A stretch of 63,891 nt of DNA, the filler included, from Octopus bimaculoides (lineage: Eukaryota): the NCBI RefSeq assembly GCF_001194135.2. It is 7 parts of 7 records of this genome, joined end to end, with 100 filler letters (N's around TTAATTAATTAA, not from the genome) between each part and the next. Parts side by side here need not be neighbours in the genome. Positions count along the whole stretch, not along the records: positions 19,472 to 43,479 come from NC_068983.1; 6 more parts are not named here. The stretch is one strand, 5' to 3'. Positions 28,170 to 39,394 of the stretch are shown here, in pieces. Each line of letters opens with the position of its first letter. Within the stretch, counting starts at the first letter, position 1. The notes beneath the pieces were generated by a model. It was not told where the DNA came from. It worked only from the letters and a program-made list of their open reading frames with translations, and made no database searches. Position numbers and translations under genes: made by a program.

Positions 28170-28975
28170 TACAATCAGAATACCCTGCTCAAAATGGTTG
28201 GGGCGGCGTTGAACACATTTGGTTTGCCATCCTCATTGCGACAGGACGTTAACACACACCCACCAAAATTACTTCTGGAGTTGTTGTATGACACTGATGA
28301 CCTTGCGGGGTATCTGAGAGTAAATGAACTGAAATTGCTCTCTCATCAGAGGCTGATGTACGAAACTGCCGTCAGTGCTGTTGAAAAACAGGCGGGCGGC
28401 ATTTTTTTACCTCGATGCTCCTGGAGGTACCGGCAAATCCTTTGTAACACAATTAATACTTGCTAAGATTCGTCGTGAGAAACAAATTGCGGTAGCCATT
28501 GCTTCCTCGGGAATCGCTGCTACGTTATTGCCGGGATGTAGAACGGCGCACTCGGTATTCGAGCTGCCTTTAGATTTAGTGAGGGCCGAGGTTCCCACTT
28601 GCAACATTGGCAAAAATTCAGAGGAAGCTGAAGTTCTTAGACAGTGACGTCTCATTATATGGGATGAATGCACAATGACCGATAAGGGTGACCTTGAGGC
28701 ACTGGACCTATCACTGAAAGGTATCAGAGATTCTACAGCTAAGGATTGGATACCCTAGTATGCTAATCAGAAACTTGATTCAACCTAAACAGTGCAACGG
28801 AACCTGCTTAATAATCAAATCTCTGACGCACCACTTGATTGTTACAGGGCGCCGGAAGGGTGAAAATATTTTCATTTCAAGCATGCAACTTTGTCCCTCG
28901 GGGTCAGACATGCTGTTTAACTTCCGCAGATCGCACTTCCCGATGAGACCATGCTTCGCAATGTCCATCAACGCC
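28170..28975 (+). mobile_element. Helitron Pif1-like helicase fragment, internally deleted
   Basis: LDAPGGTGKSF (Walker A), AVAIASSGIAATLLPGCRTAHS, IIWDECTM, then MLIRNL..PKQCNGT...FPMRPCFAMSIN. Confidence 0.9.
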
Positions 28976-29299
28976 GGGATATATTGCTATTTCTACATAA
29001 TTATATAAACGCATTGAGCATTTTGAAAGCAGAAATATATTATTGGAATAGTTACAATTCGCCGTGAAATATTGCATTTTAAACATTGTTGGCTGCGACG
29101 CAGTGTTTCCATAGCCACCAACAATCTTTTAACCTTTAATTTCAGTGACATTCAGCTTTTCCAATGTAGGGAGATAATGTATTCTAATTAGGGCGGTAGA
29201 AGTCAAGGAATAGCTTTCGTGAAAAGGCACAACAACATTTGGAATATGAGAGATTTATTGTTCGTGTTCTTTGGACAGTTTTACACTTTTCCTGCTCAA

Positions 29300-30135
29300 A
29301 TATATTATTCGATATTACATAGGTTATATTTACACTTAAGATCGTTTGTGCAAAACACCCAACGGACGCTTTGGTTTTTATGAGTCCCTCTTTTGTTTTG
29401 GGGAAGTATAATCAGTGGTCTATACTGAGGTCTGTGGCTTTCAGGTCTTTGATCATGGTCAGTATCATAATGATTAGGATCCCCTTCATTGTTTGGTTTC
29501 TTTCGCCTTCTTTCTCGTTCATATGTTTGTCTGTGGTGTTCTGCTTTGGTACTTTTTTGTACATCGTTATACATTTCTACGGTCTGGGTTTGTTGTCTTT
29601 TGTTGTTTACTTCGATTTTGTTGGACATGTTACGTCTGTCTTCGTGTTTTACAGTTCCAATGCATATGATAATATTTGGCATTGCTGTGTGGCTACTATC
29701 TACATTTCCTGATGTATTTTTCCTTTTAAGTGTTCTATTTCTATTTCTGATATTGTTTTTGTTGTTTTGAGAATATATCTTCGTATATAAACTAGTTTAT
29801 TAGGATTCATTGTTGTATCCATGTCTTTATTTAGGATACTTTTATTCCATATTCTATGTGCATACGTTGTGGTGTTTTCGTTCTTGGGGTAGAGCACTGC
29901 TGTAAAATAAGCGTGTAGGACTGAGACATATTACTCACGTGTACGTTTCTGCTTTTTTGATTTTATTTGTGGGACATGAGGAACAACTTCCGGCCCTTTA
30001 TTTTGACGGCCATCATTTCCATACGGTACCGTTCATTTCGGGTGTTAAAAATTTGCACATGTAGTTTTTCGTACTTTTTGTGTAACACGTTTAAAGTACG
30101 TACTTCCCGAATGTTAGTCTTGGGTTGACTAATAC
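29300..30135 (-). mobile_element. 5' end of R4/Dong-type RLE retrotransposon
   Basis: Minus-strand KQKRTRE*YVSVLHAYFTAVLYPKNENTTTYAHRIW...NPNKLVYIRRYILK...ISEIEIE resembles the R4-clade N-terminus. Confidence 0.6.
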
Positions 30136-30151
30136 CAGTATTATTTAAAAA

Positions 30152-30185
30152 ATATTATTGTTATTGTCATTATTATTGTTATTAC

Positions 30186-30252
<67 letters not shown>

Positions 30253-30330
30253 GTTGTTGTTGTTGTTGTTGCTGTTGTTGTTGTTGTTGTTGTTATTATT
30301 ATTATTATTATTACTATTATTATTATTATC
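30152..30330. repeat. (ATT)n/(GTT)n tract at the 3' tail of the Dong-like element
   Basis: Visible tandem units directly abutting the element 3' UTR. Confidence 0.95.
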
Positions 30331-32370
30331 ATTGCCTTTGCACAGCTTCTAACGCTGGAGATGTACTACGGTGTCAACTGTTCACTACCAGTGAAATAAG
30401 TTAATGCCTCTTATTTTTCGAGCCCTTCCGGAATATTCGAGCGGTTTCAAGCAGTGCTGTTTTCTGCAAGTGCTCCACCCTTATTGCAGCCCCAATTTGT
30501 TCCATTTACTTCTCGAGATTGTTCTCACTGTTCCCAAGGCTATGACAATTATTGAAACCACTGTTACCTTTTTGCATCCACCACAACTGCGTAACTTCCC
30601 AATATAACCTGTCATATCTCTCAAATTCTCTTTCTTCCTTATCGCATACCTTGTTGACAGCTGGGCATGATATATGAATGATCCAGCATAGTTTGTTTTC
30701 TTTCTCAATTAAGTCTATGTTTGGCTTGCTATTCTTTATCTCATGGTCGCACTGAATCATAAGATCCCATAGGATCTTTGCATCGACGATGCCTTTAAGT
30801 TTGTGGTCCTACCAATTTTTTGCTCTGTCATGTCCATACTTGTTGCAAAGTGTCCATTGTTCATGACTGGCTATATTGTCGTGGCGTCTCTTATATTCCT
30901 TTTGGGTTAGTGGCGCACATTGGTTGGTAATATGCCATACGGTTTCACCGTTTTGTCTACAGATCTGCACTTATCACTTTCTGCTGTACTGTCTATTCTG
31001 TATTTTATGTAGTTGGTACTTATTGCTTGTCCTTGGGCAGTACAGACTAGAGCCTCCGTTTCCGGTTTTAAATCACTTTTAATCATCCACAACCATCTTT
31101 TATCTCTGTCTGTCTTATCGTCAACATCTCTATGAAATTGACCATGCATTCTTTTCATTACCCACCTATTTTCAATTTCATTCGTTTTCAATTTCTTGTA
31201 TAGTGCTTTATCTTTGCAACCTTTCATCCTACACAAGCCTAACGTCCTTACTTTTAAGAATAGCGGTTTTGTGGCATTTTGTAAATACCATGCTATGTTG
31301 TTTTCTTCTGCTCTAATGCTGTGTTCGCATCCAACAAGTCCTCTGCCCTATCTTTTTCTTGGTACATGCAAACCGTGTTACTTTTTGTGTGGAGTAACCC
31401 ATATCTAGTTAGCAATTTCCTTGTCTGTCTGTCTAAGCTGTTTAGTTCGTCTACTATCCATGGGATTACCCCTGGTCCATATCTAAGGAGTGAGACCGCC
31501 CAAGTGTTGATAGCTTCGATCTTATTCCGTCCGTTTAATTTACGCTTAAGGATCAGTCTCAGTCTGCGCAAGTACTCCACCTTGAATTTTTCTGTCATTT
31601 TTTTCTCCATCAGTTTATCCATTTCAAAAATCCGCAAGTACTTATAGTCCGTCTCTTCTATATGCTTCATAACCTCCCTGGACAGTATCGTTAGTCCGTC
31701 CATACATTTGATATCGTTTAACTGAAATGACTGTAAGCTAGTTTATTAGGTTTCATTGCTGGAGCCAAGTCTTTATTTAGGTTATTTTTGACTTCCCTAA
31801 CTGAAAGGACTAGTTCTGCCTGTTTTGGACAGACTGCTGTTTGTTTCAGGTCTTGCAACCATTCAACATCCTTCTTATGCTCATTGTCTTTGCTCCAGAT
31901 GTCACTCCCAAAACTTTGACTTTCAATGTTATCTGGTATCAACTTTTCATCTGTACACTCTCCATTTATTTCTATGTAGAATATCTTATAATGTACTCTG
32001 AATAACCTATTCTGGTGGTAAACCTTCATTCATTGATCGTATTTTACCATCTTTGCTTTCTTTGCAACGAAGCTTTATTTCAGTTCCTCCACTACTACTT
32101 TCAGGTTCTTTGTTTCAATATTATACTTCCTGTTCAGCGCCTTGTATTTTTGTTAGTTTTTAAGCCCCCTTTCTCTTTTCGGTCTAACACAGAGACTTCC
32201 TTGGAGAGCATGTCTAACCCTGCCTGGGTTCTTCTTTTCCACCATGGATATTTTCTGTTGTCATCCCATTATGTTTCTTTTTCTTGACATCAAAACCCAC
32301 ATATTCTGCTACAACAATATTTGCTGCCTTGATCAACTTATTTGTTTCTGTGATGTTGTTTGTTCTGATG
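30331..32370 (-). mobile_element. Dong/R4-type RLE LINE, degenerate, RT core deleted
   Basis: NNITETNKLIKAA...PWWKRR; YHQNRLF; YKYLRIFEMD..KLNGRNKIEAINTWAVSLLRY; LKPETEALVCTAQGQAISTNYIKYRID; DHEIKNSKPNI (RLE). Confidence 0.92.
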
Positions 32371-32479
32371 TGTTTCAGAATTTCATGAGTACCAGTTAAA
32401 CACTAGAGTATATACACTCGACTAACCTACATTGAAACTGCTGAATTTGTGCCAAAATATGAAATCAATATTTCTTGAA

Positions 32480-32720
32480 CTAAGGTGGCGAGATGGTGGA
32501 ATCGTAACACGCCTTTCAAAATGTTTAATGACATTTCGTCTGTCTTTACGCTCTTAGCTCAAACTTATCCTGTCGACTTATCCTGTCGACTTATCCTGTC
32601 GACTTATCCTGTCAACATTTGAAGGACAATGAAAGCAGTACCAGTTGACTATTGGAGTCTATATAAATGACTCGCTCCGTCCCTTAAAATTTCTGGTCTT
32701 GTGCCAAAATTTGAAACTTA
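32480..32720 (+). mobile_element. Degenerate S1 SINE with internal 13-mer tandem repeat
   Basis: aaggtggcgagatgg head, atttcgtctgtctttacg body; (acttatcctgtcg)x4 at 32563-32614. Confidence 0.65.
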
Positions 32721-34676
32721 TGTTTCCTAAACTAATAACTTATTTAGAATGCGCTATGTTCTTTGCCTTTTGAATTGTTTTTTTTTTCAAAGTGGGCAAA
32801 AGCAGCTGCACAATATTTTTCGCATAGTTATAGTTGACTATATTTTTATGCATATGAAAATATATGACAAACATATCTTTCATATTAAAGACAGTCAAGC
32901 AATGATGAATAACGTTAATAATTCAAAATATAAAAAAATATTCTAACAATATAATATATCTATATATTTTAAATGCATTTTCGTGAGTTAATTTTTCTCA
33001 TGGAAAGGAATTTTAGAAATATGAAAAATTGAAAATGATTGTTAAAAACTGCATATTTGTTCTTTTTCTTCTTACTTTCATATCTGCCAAGCAAAATATG
33101 GTATCGGTTTTTTTTTTACTCGCAACAAACTTGCATAGACGAAAAGAAGTTATACGACGTATTTTTTTTTTGTTTGTTTGTTATGAATTTTGTGTTGTAA
33201 TTTTGGTGTATTTATAAGTAATTTAGTGTGTTTCACAATGTGCATCTTCGATGTCAAGCAGAGCAAGATGATAAATAACATGTTCTTAGCACATGAAAAC
33301 AAAGGAGACCCATAATTACATAATAAAATGTATCTGATTCCACAAAAATCTAATGGTGGCATATATTATTCCTAGATTGAGTTAATGTTCGGCGTAGTTT
33401 GACTCCATATTTCACCCACGTATACAGAAATTGAATTGTCCACAGATGTTGTTACAATACAACCGTGTATTTTCACAGTCTCGAAACATTATTTTTCTTA
33501 ACGACTTTTACAGTACAGAATATTTATAAAAGAAAGTAAAATATTTAACAAGTATTGCAACATACGAAAGATATTTCTATCAAATATGGAGGGAAAAAAT
33601 TAAACAAAGAATTAAATAAGTATTTTACATGATATTTATATGTTCGAATGAATTAAAATGCATAGAGCTTAATTTGTTGAATAGATATCAGAATCGGATA
33701 TAGAGAGCGCATTTTCTCCCAATAGTCATGAAATTTCTACCGATAAAGCAAACCTATTGAAGAATTCGATATTAAGAAACAACGTTATTGTTAACTCATG
33801 TGAGCGCAGTCATGAAACGCAACTAGTAAACAGAAGGAACTAATTTAGAGTAGCTTAGTACGGACAAATCTGACAAGTCTCAAGCGATCTTTCTATTGGT
33901 TATGCATCAAAGTAATTATAAATAGAGATTGTCATTGCCTGATTAGATCTGTCTCCGAACCATGTTTAATTTTCCTTTTCAGAAACATAACGTTAATTCT
34001 ATCCATATAATTAGTTGTTAACTGGTATCGCACTGGTAGACACTTGACATCCGTTACGAACGGTGAGTGGTTTTCGGATATGATTATATGCAAATACACA
34101 TGTGGATAATTTAATAATCAAATTCTCAGTTAGGTCGAATAAAATCAGTAAAATTTTAACATGCCATAGATAATAAACAATAGACATTCACCGACGTAAT
34201 CAAAAGACATTCCCCGACATAAATATGGGCATAACCAATAAATGTAATAATGTAGAGTATGGAGGGGAGCAAAATGTATGTTGTTGAGATGTTTGATACA
34301 TCGAATTCTTTCATTCTTCAAAATCAGGTTAGAAAGAATCATCATCTTCACGATTAAACAAAAGTTTAATCTATTAATTTTATGGAAATAATGAGACGTA
34401 GATGGCTTAGGGTCAGTGAAATATATATAGTCACCATTTGTTTATTTTTTCTGATACCTTCTCAAAAGTAATTACAATTTACAACTCTAAATATTGCACA
34501 ATAGAGTCAGAGTACTACTTTTATAATTTCAACTTACGATGAAACTAATCAAATTAAGTCTGTTTTAGAAGCGTTGAGATGTATTGAAAGATACAGATAT
34601 AAATTTATTTTTATTCGCAAACGCGTGATAATGCTACTAATTAGTGCGATCAGGATAAATTATCCATACATTGCAG

Positions 34677-34763
34677 AAAAATACGTTACCGGTAAGTCAC
34701 GAGACTCGAATTCACATCCTTGTGATTACGCCTCAAGTGCTTTACCGTTCAGCTAAACTGCCC
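34677..34763 (-). pseudogene. tRNA-like pseudogene or short tRNA-derived retroposon
   Basis: GGGCAGTTTAGCTGAACGGTAAAGC (A box/D arm), AATTCGAGTCTC (B box), followed by TTTTT; stems imperfect. Confidence 0.55.
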
Positions 34764-34964
34764 AATAACGAATTCGTCTGCAATTTTAGAACTTATAAAT
34801 TTACCTTCATAAGACGCTAACGTTAACTTCAACTTACGATGAAAGTAAACAAAGTTTGTTTTAGAAGCGTTGAGATGTATTACCATTATCAAGCGTTTGA
34901 GAATAAAAAAAACAATTATTTCTGTACTTTTATAATTGTTTTATTTTCTAATATTTCGGAAGCC

Positions 34965-35180
34965 AAAGTGGTGAGCTGGCAGAAACGTTAGAACGCCGGG
35001 CGAAAGTATTAGCGGTATTTCGTCTGCCTTTACGTTCTGAGTTCACATTCTGACAAGTTCGACTTTGCCTTTTATCCTTTCGTGGTCGATAAATTAAGTA
35101 CCAGTCGCGAACTGAGGTCGTTCTAATCGAATGGCCCCCACCCCCAAAATGCCAGGACGTGTACCTAAGATGGAAAAGAA
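34965..35180 (+). mobile_element. S1 SINE (tail variant B)
   Basis: ggtgagctggcagaaacgttag...gtcgataaattaagtaccag...ccccaaaatgccagg. Confidence 0.88.
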
Positions 35181-35435
35181 TATTTCGAAAGCAAATTCAA
35201 AATTATTTTGTGCATCACAGTTCAATAATACAAGAAGCACACGATTTGATTTTTTTGATAATATTCTTATAGTGTCAGAAAGCACATTATGTGAAAGACC
35301 AGCTATATTATAGTTACGCAAATATCATATGGTTCAATAAGTGTCAACATATTACATATTAGTAAGAGAAAATTAACTTGTGTATATACATACACACACA
35401 CACGCACACACACTCATACACATCTATCTAGCTGC

Positions 35436-35862
35436 ATACTACTAAAGTACGGCGATTGCTTGCTTGCGTGCGTGCTTGTCTGTACTTTAATACAGCTACA
35501 CCGGCGGAGGTAAGAAACCCCTGAAATGTGAATATAAACAGAATATATTAAGTTTCACGTAAATATGATCACAGATTCCCGAGCTACGGGTTGTTTTGGT
35601 ATACTACTAAGCCTTTGTGACTGCTTGCTTGCGTGCGTGCTTGTCTCTAACTTAATACAGCCAAACACACGCATAATGGAAAAATACTCTGTTAGTAAGG
35701 TACCCCTCAAATGTGAATGAAAACAGGATAGAACAAGTTATGCATAAATCAGAACACGGATTCCTGAGTTACGTGTTTTTTTTTTAGTGTTTCTTCATAA
35801 ATAACCAAAACAGCGCATAATAGGAAGATACTCTGAGATTAACATAACCCTGAAATGAGATT
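35436..35862 (+). repeat. Degenerate tandem repeat, ~145-185 bp units
   Basis: tgcttgcttgcgtgcgtgcttgtct twice; ccct(g/c)aaatg(t/a)ga three times (35519, 35704, 35848). Confidence 0.8.
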
Positions 35863-37739
35863 TTATTATGTTGTGAAAATTGTTTCCATTAATTTTATGG
35901 TTCCTTTTTATAACAATTCCTTTTGCATTTTTATAGATGTGTGCACATACGCCATAAATAAATGCTCTTCACGTTTATCCCGGAAGTTCTATTTATATTA
36001 GATGCAGTAAATAATCAATAAAACCTTAAACATGAACTTGTAAATCAGACCTATGATGATACGAAGGAATTGAAATATTTAACTGAATCATCAGAAATGA
36101 AAATTTCATTTCAATGCAATGTTGAAGTCGCCTTCAATATTTTATAACCTGAACTGTCAGTGAGCCAACGGGTCACGGATAGTCTAGTCTAGTATATATA
36201 TANNNNNNNNNNNNNNNNNNNNNNNNNNNNNNNNNNNNNNNNNNNNNNNNNNNNNNNNNNNNNNNNNNNNNNNNNNATATGTATATGTATATTTATTTTA
36301 AAGCAACATTGGCTTAGTACTAAGCTGTTAACTTAAACTTCTACGTCTTTATCTATGGCTAGCAACAAGAGCAATCCTTATCCGGCTGTAGACAAACGGC
36401 ATTTGCCATCTCGCACGTCATAAGCTACATCTAACGTACCTTAACAATTCCATCAGGACCTATCTCAGAACACGCATGAAGGACATCATGCACATTTTAC
36501 TAATGAGTATAGTTATTATCTATGTTATACGTATTTTATAACAGTTGTCGAGATAACTTTTACATTATCTGATTTTTTCCATCTAGTTTCATCAGTAGTA
36601 TGTGTATTTATATTCTAAGTAAATAAATTTACCTGTGTTTACCTCACTTATTACTTTTTCTGAATACACGCCCAACACAGGCCGCGAACGCACGCTCACG
36701 CTCACACACCATCGCGCGCGCATATATATATATATATATCATATGACTACGGTTTCAAAGAAACTCACAAATACGTCCATTCAAAAGTGAGAACATACAT
36801 ACGCAATACATATTAAGGAATTCGCATACATACACACATATCTGCGTGTATGTGTGTGCGCTCGTGTGTGTATTAGTGTATGTCATGTTTTTGAGAGATT
36901 ATTTATCTTTAAGTTAGGAGAGAAGGACATACACTTGAACATTTACAATGCCAGCATATCTAATGCAAGTGGAATGGAGAAGGAATCTTCAAAGCTGATG
37001 CCTTGTCCGATGTTGCAACAGAATAAAATCTTTTACAGGAACCGGAATAAAAGCTTTATATCTGTTTTAAACCGGGAACAGGAGTTACTGTACCAGAAGA
37101 AAGTCCATTTAGCGATTTGTACTCAAAAACTAAAGCGCTATGTGAATCGAAACCATGACCTTACGTGGGTGAGCCAAAAACGCTAACGAATAAATCATGT
37201 TTTCACAGATAGATAGCTGCCGATATATATTGTCCCTTGCATTTAGACATGAATCTAACATCTAATCGAACTGTGCATTTAATTGGTTTAATTTAGACTT
37301 AGCTGATCGGTGAAAGTGTTTAAATTCGATTAAACGTGTTTGAGTTATTAATCAAATGCTAATCTTATTTGTTCCCGAATTCTACTTTCCATTTCAGGGT
37401 CAATTATATCAGTATCGGTCAAGTACTGCAGTTTATTCCAACAATTCTTTCGTTTCCCTAAATGTTATATTCTGTTCACATGTTACAGATCAATACTTAA
37501 ATACTGATTGCCGAAGGGAATATTAGATCAGAGAAATATTATATTTATAATGGCATAGGGAATGTAACCCGACATTGATGCTTAACATTTAACATTGAAG
37601 TTCAAAAATCGTTTCACTTTCCTTTGTATCAGTAAAATTTCTTCAAAGAAATTTTAATATTGCCAATAAGGTCTCCACGTTTATCTTCCTTAATGCATAA
37701 TCATCAACTCTTTTAAAGCTTGTTTACAATGCTATTCGT

Positions 37740-38123
37740 GGAGGCGCAATGGCCCAGTGGTTAAAGCAGCGGACTCGCGGTAATAGGATCGCGGTTTCGA
37801 TTCCCAGACCGGTCGTTGTGAGTGTTTATTGAGCGAAAACACCTAAAGCTCCACGAGGCTCCGGCAGGAGATGGTGGCGAACCCTGCTGTACTCTACCAC
37901 CTCGACTTTCTCTCACTATTTCTTCCTGTTTCTGTTGTACTTGTATTTCAAGGGGCCAGCCTTGTCACAATGTGTCACGCTGAATATCCCCGAGAACTAC
38001 GTTAAAGGTGCACGTCTTTGTGGAGTGCTCAGCCACTTGCACGTTAATTTCACGAGCAGGCTGTTCCCTTGATTGGATCAACTGGAACCCTCGACGTCGT
38101 AAGCGACGGAGTGCCAACAACAA
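37740..38123 (+). mobile_element. tRNA-derived SINE family S4 with (CAA)n tail and 10-bp TSD
   Basis: ggaggcgcaatggcccagtgg head, gtttcgattccc B box; caatgctatt at 37727-36 and 38126-35. Confidence 0.92.
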
Positions 38124-38539
38124 AGCAATGCTATTGAAGAATAGAGACTATGAATGCCTTCACTCACATTTTCAAACCCCGCTTAATATATTCAACGCAG
38201 AAAATATTTATTTATATTCAACGTTTTATTCACCTCATAAATGTCTTACAAATAATTTTTTTCTTAATTATATAAGGATACTCTAGATTGTTATCTGCGT
38301 CGATTGCACCCAATAAATATGATATTTGTTTTATACAGAACTTAAATATTGCGTTTAATTTTATTTGAAATATTAAAAAAAATTAATATTTATACTTTTC
38401 TTTTATACTGTATGTTAATAGTCTTTAAAAAATCTCTGCAGTTGTGCACTAATTACTGTTTACAATATTAGGATAGGCTTTATATTTATTCTCTGAAATG
38501 TTATAACTTGTGCAAATTATTTTAGATCAGACATTGTGT

Positions 38540-39120
38540 GCAAATTTTGGCGCAAAGCCAGCGAACATCGGGATGGAGTAAATCGGTTAAACCGACCCCA
38601 GTACTCAACTGATACTTATTTTATCGAACCCCAGATTATGCAAGCTAACGTCAAACTCGGTGTCATTTGTACCAAGACGACATGCCGCTAAGTATTCTTT
38701 TCTAATCTAGGGACAAGGCCCGAAATTTTTAGAGAAGGTGGGGGCAGTCGATTAGATCGACCTCCAGTAGGCAACTGATACTTACTTTATCGACTACCGA
38801 ATGGATGAAAGGCAAAGTCGAACCTCACCGCTATTTGAACTCGGAAAGTAAAGACAGACGAAATACTGCTAAGCATTTCGCCTGGCGTACTAACGTTTCT
38901 TATGTCTTTATTGCCCACAAGGGGCTAAACATAGAGGGGACAAACAAGGACAGACAAATTGATGAAGTCGATTACATCGCCCCCAGTGCGTACCTGGTAC
39001 TTAATTTAAGGATGAAAGACAAAGTCGACTTCAGCGTAATTTGAACTCAGAACGCAACGGTAGACGAAATACCGCTAAGCATTTCGCCCGGCGTGCTACC
39101 ATTTCTGCCAGCTCGCCGCC
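38540..39120 (-). mobile_element. Tandem multimer of S1 SINE
   Basis: Tail-A unit, tail-B unit and a degenerate third unit, head-to-tail. Confidence 0.85.
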
Positions 39121-39341
39121 ATACACCGATATAGCTGTCGTTCCACTCATGGATAATGGAATTTAACTGTCTCATTAAATATTCTAGTTATATTTTATTG
39201 TTTCTTATGATTAGAATGAAATATGCCAGTCGTATTTTATACTAATTGTATTTTAAAACCACTAGTTTTAGAAATATTCATATTTGAAAATATATAATAT
39301 ATATATTTGCAATAGAATTCAGTTATGTACTATTATCTTTG

Positions 39342-39394
<53 letters not shown>

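Noticed and set aside
32563-32614. CRISPR-like array (also 3905/4040 and 34528/34827 repeats)
   Set aside because: No repeat-spacer periodicity, eukaryotic context, no cas genes
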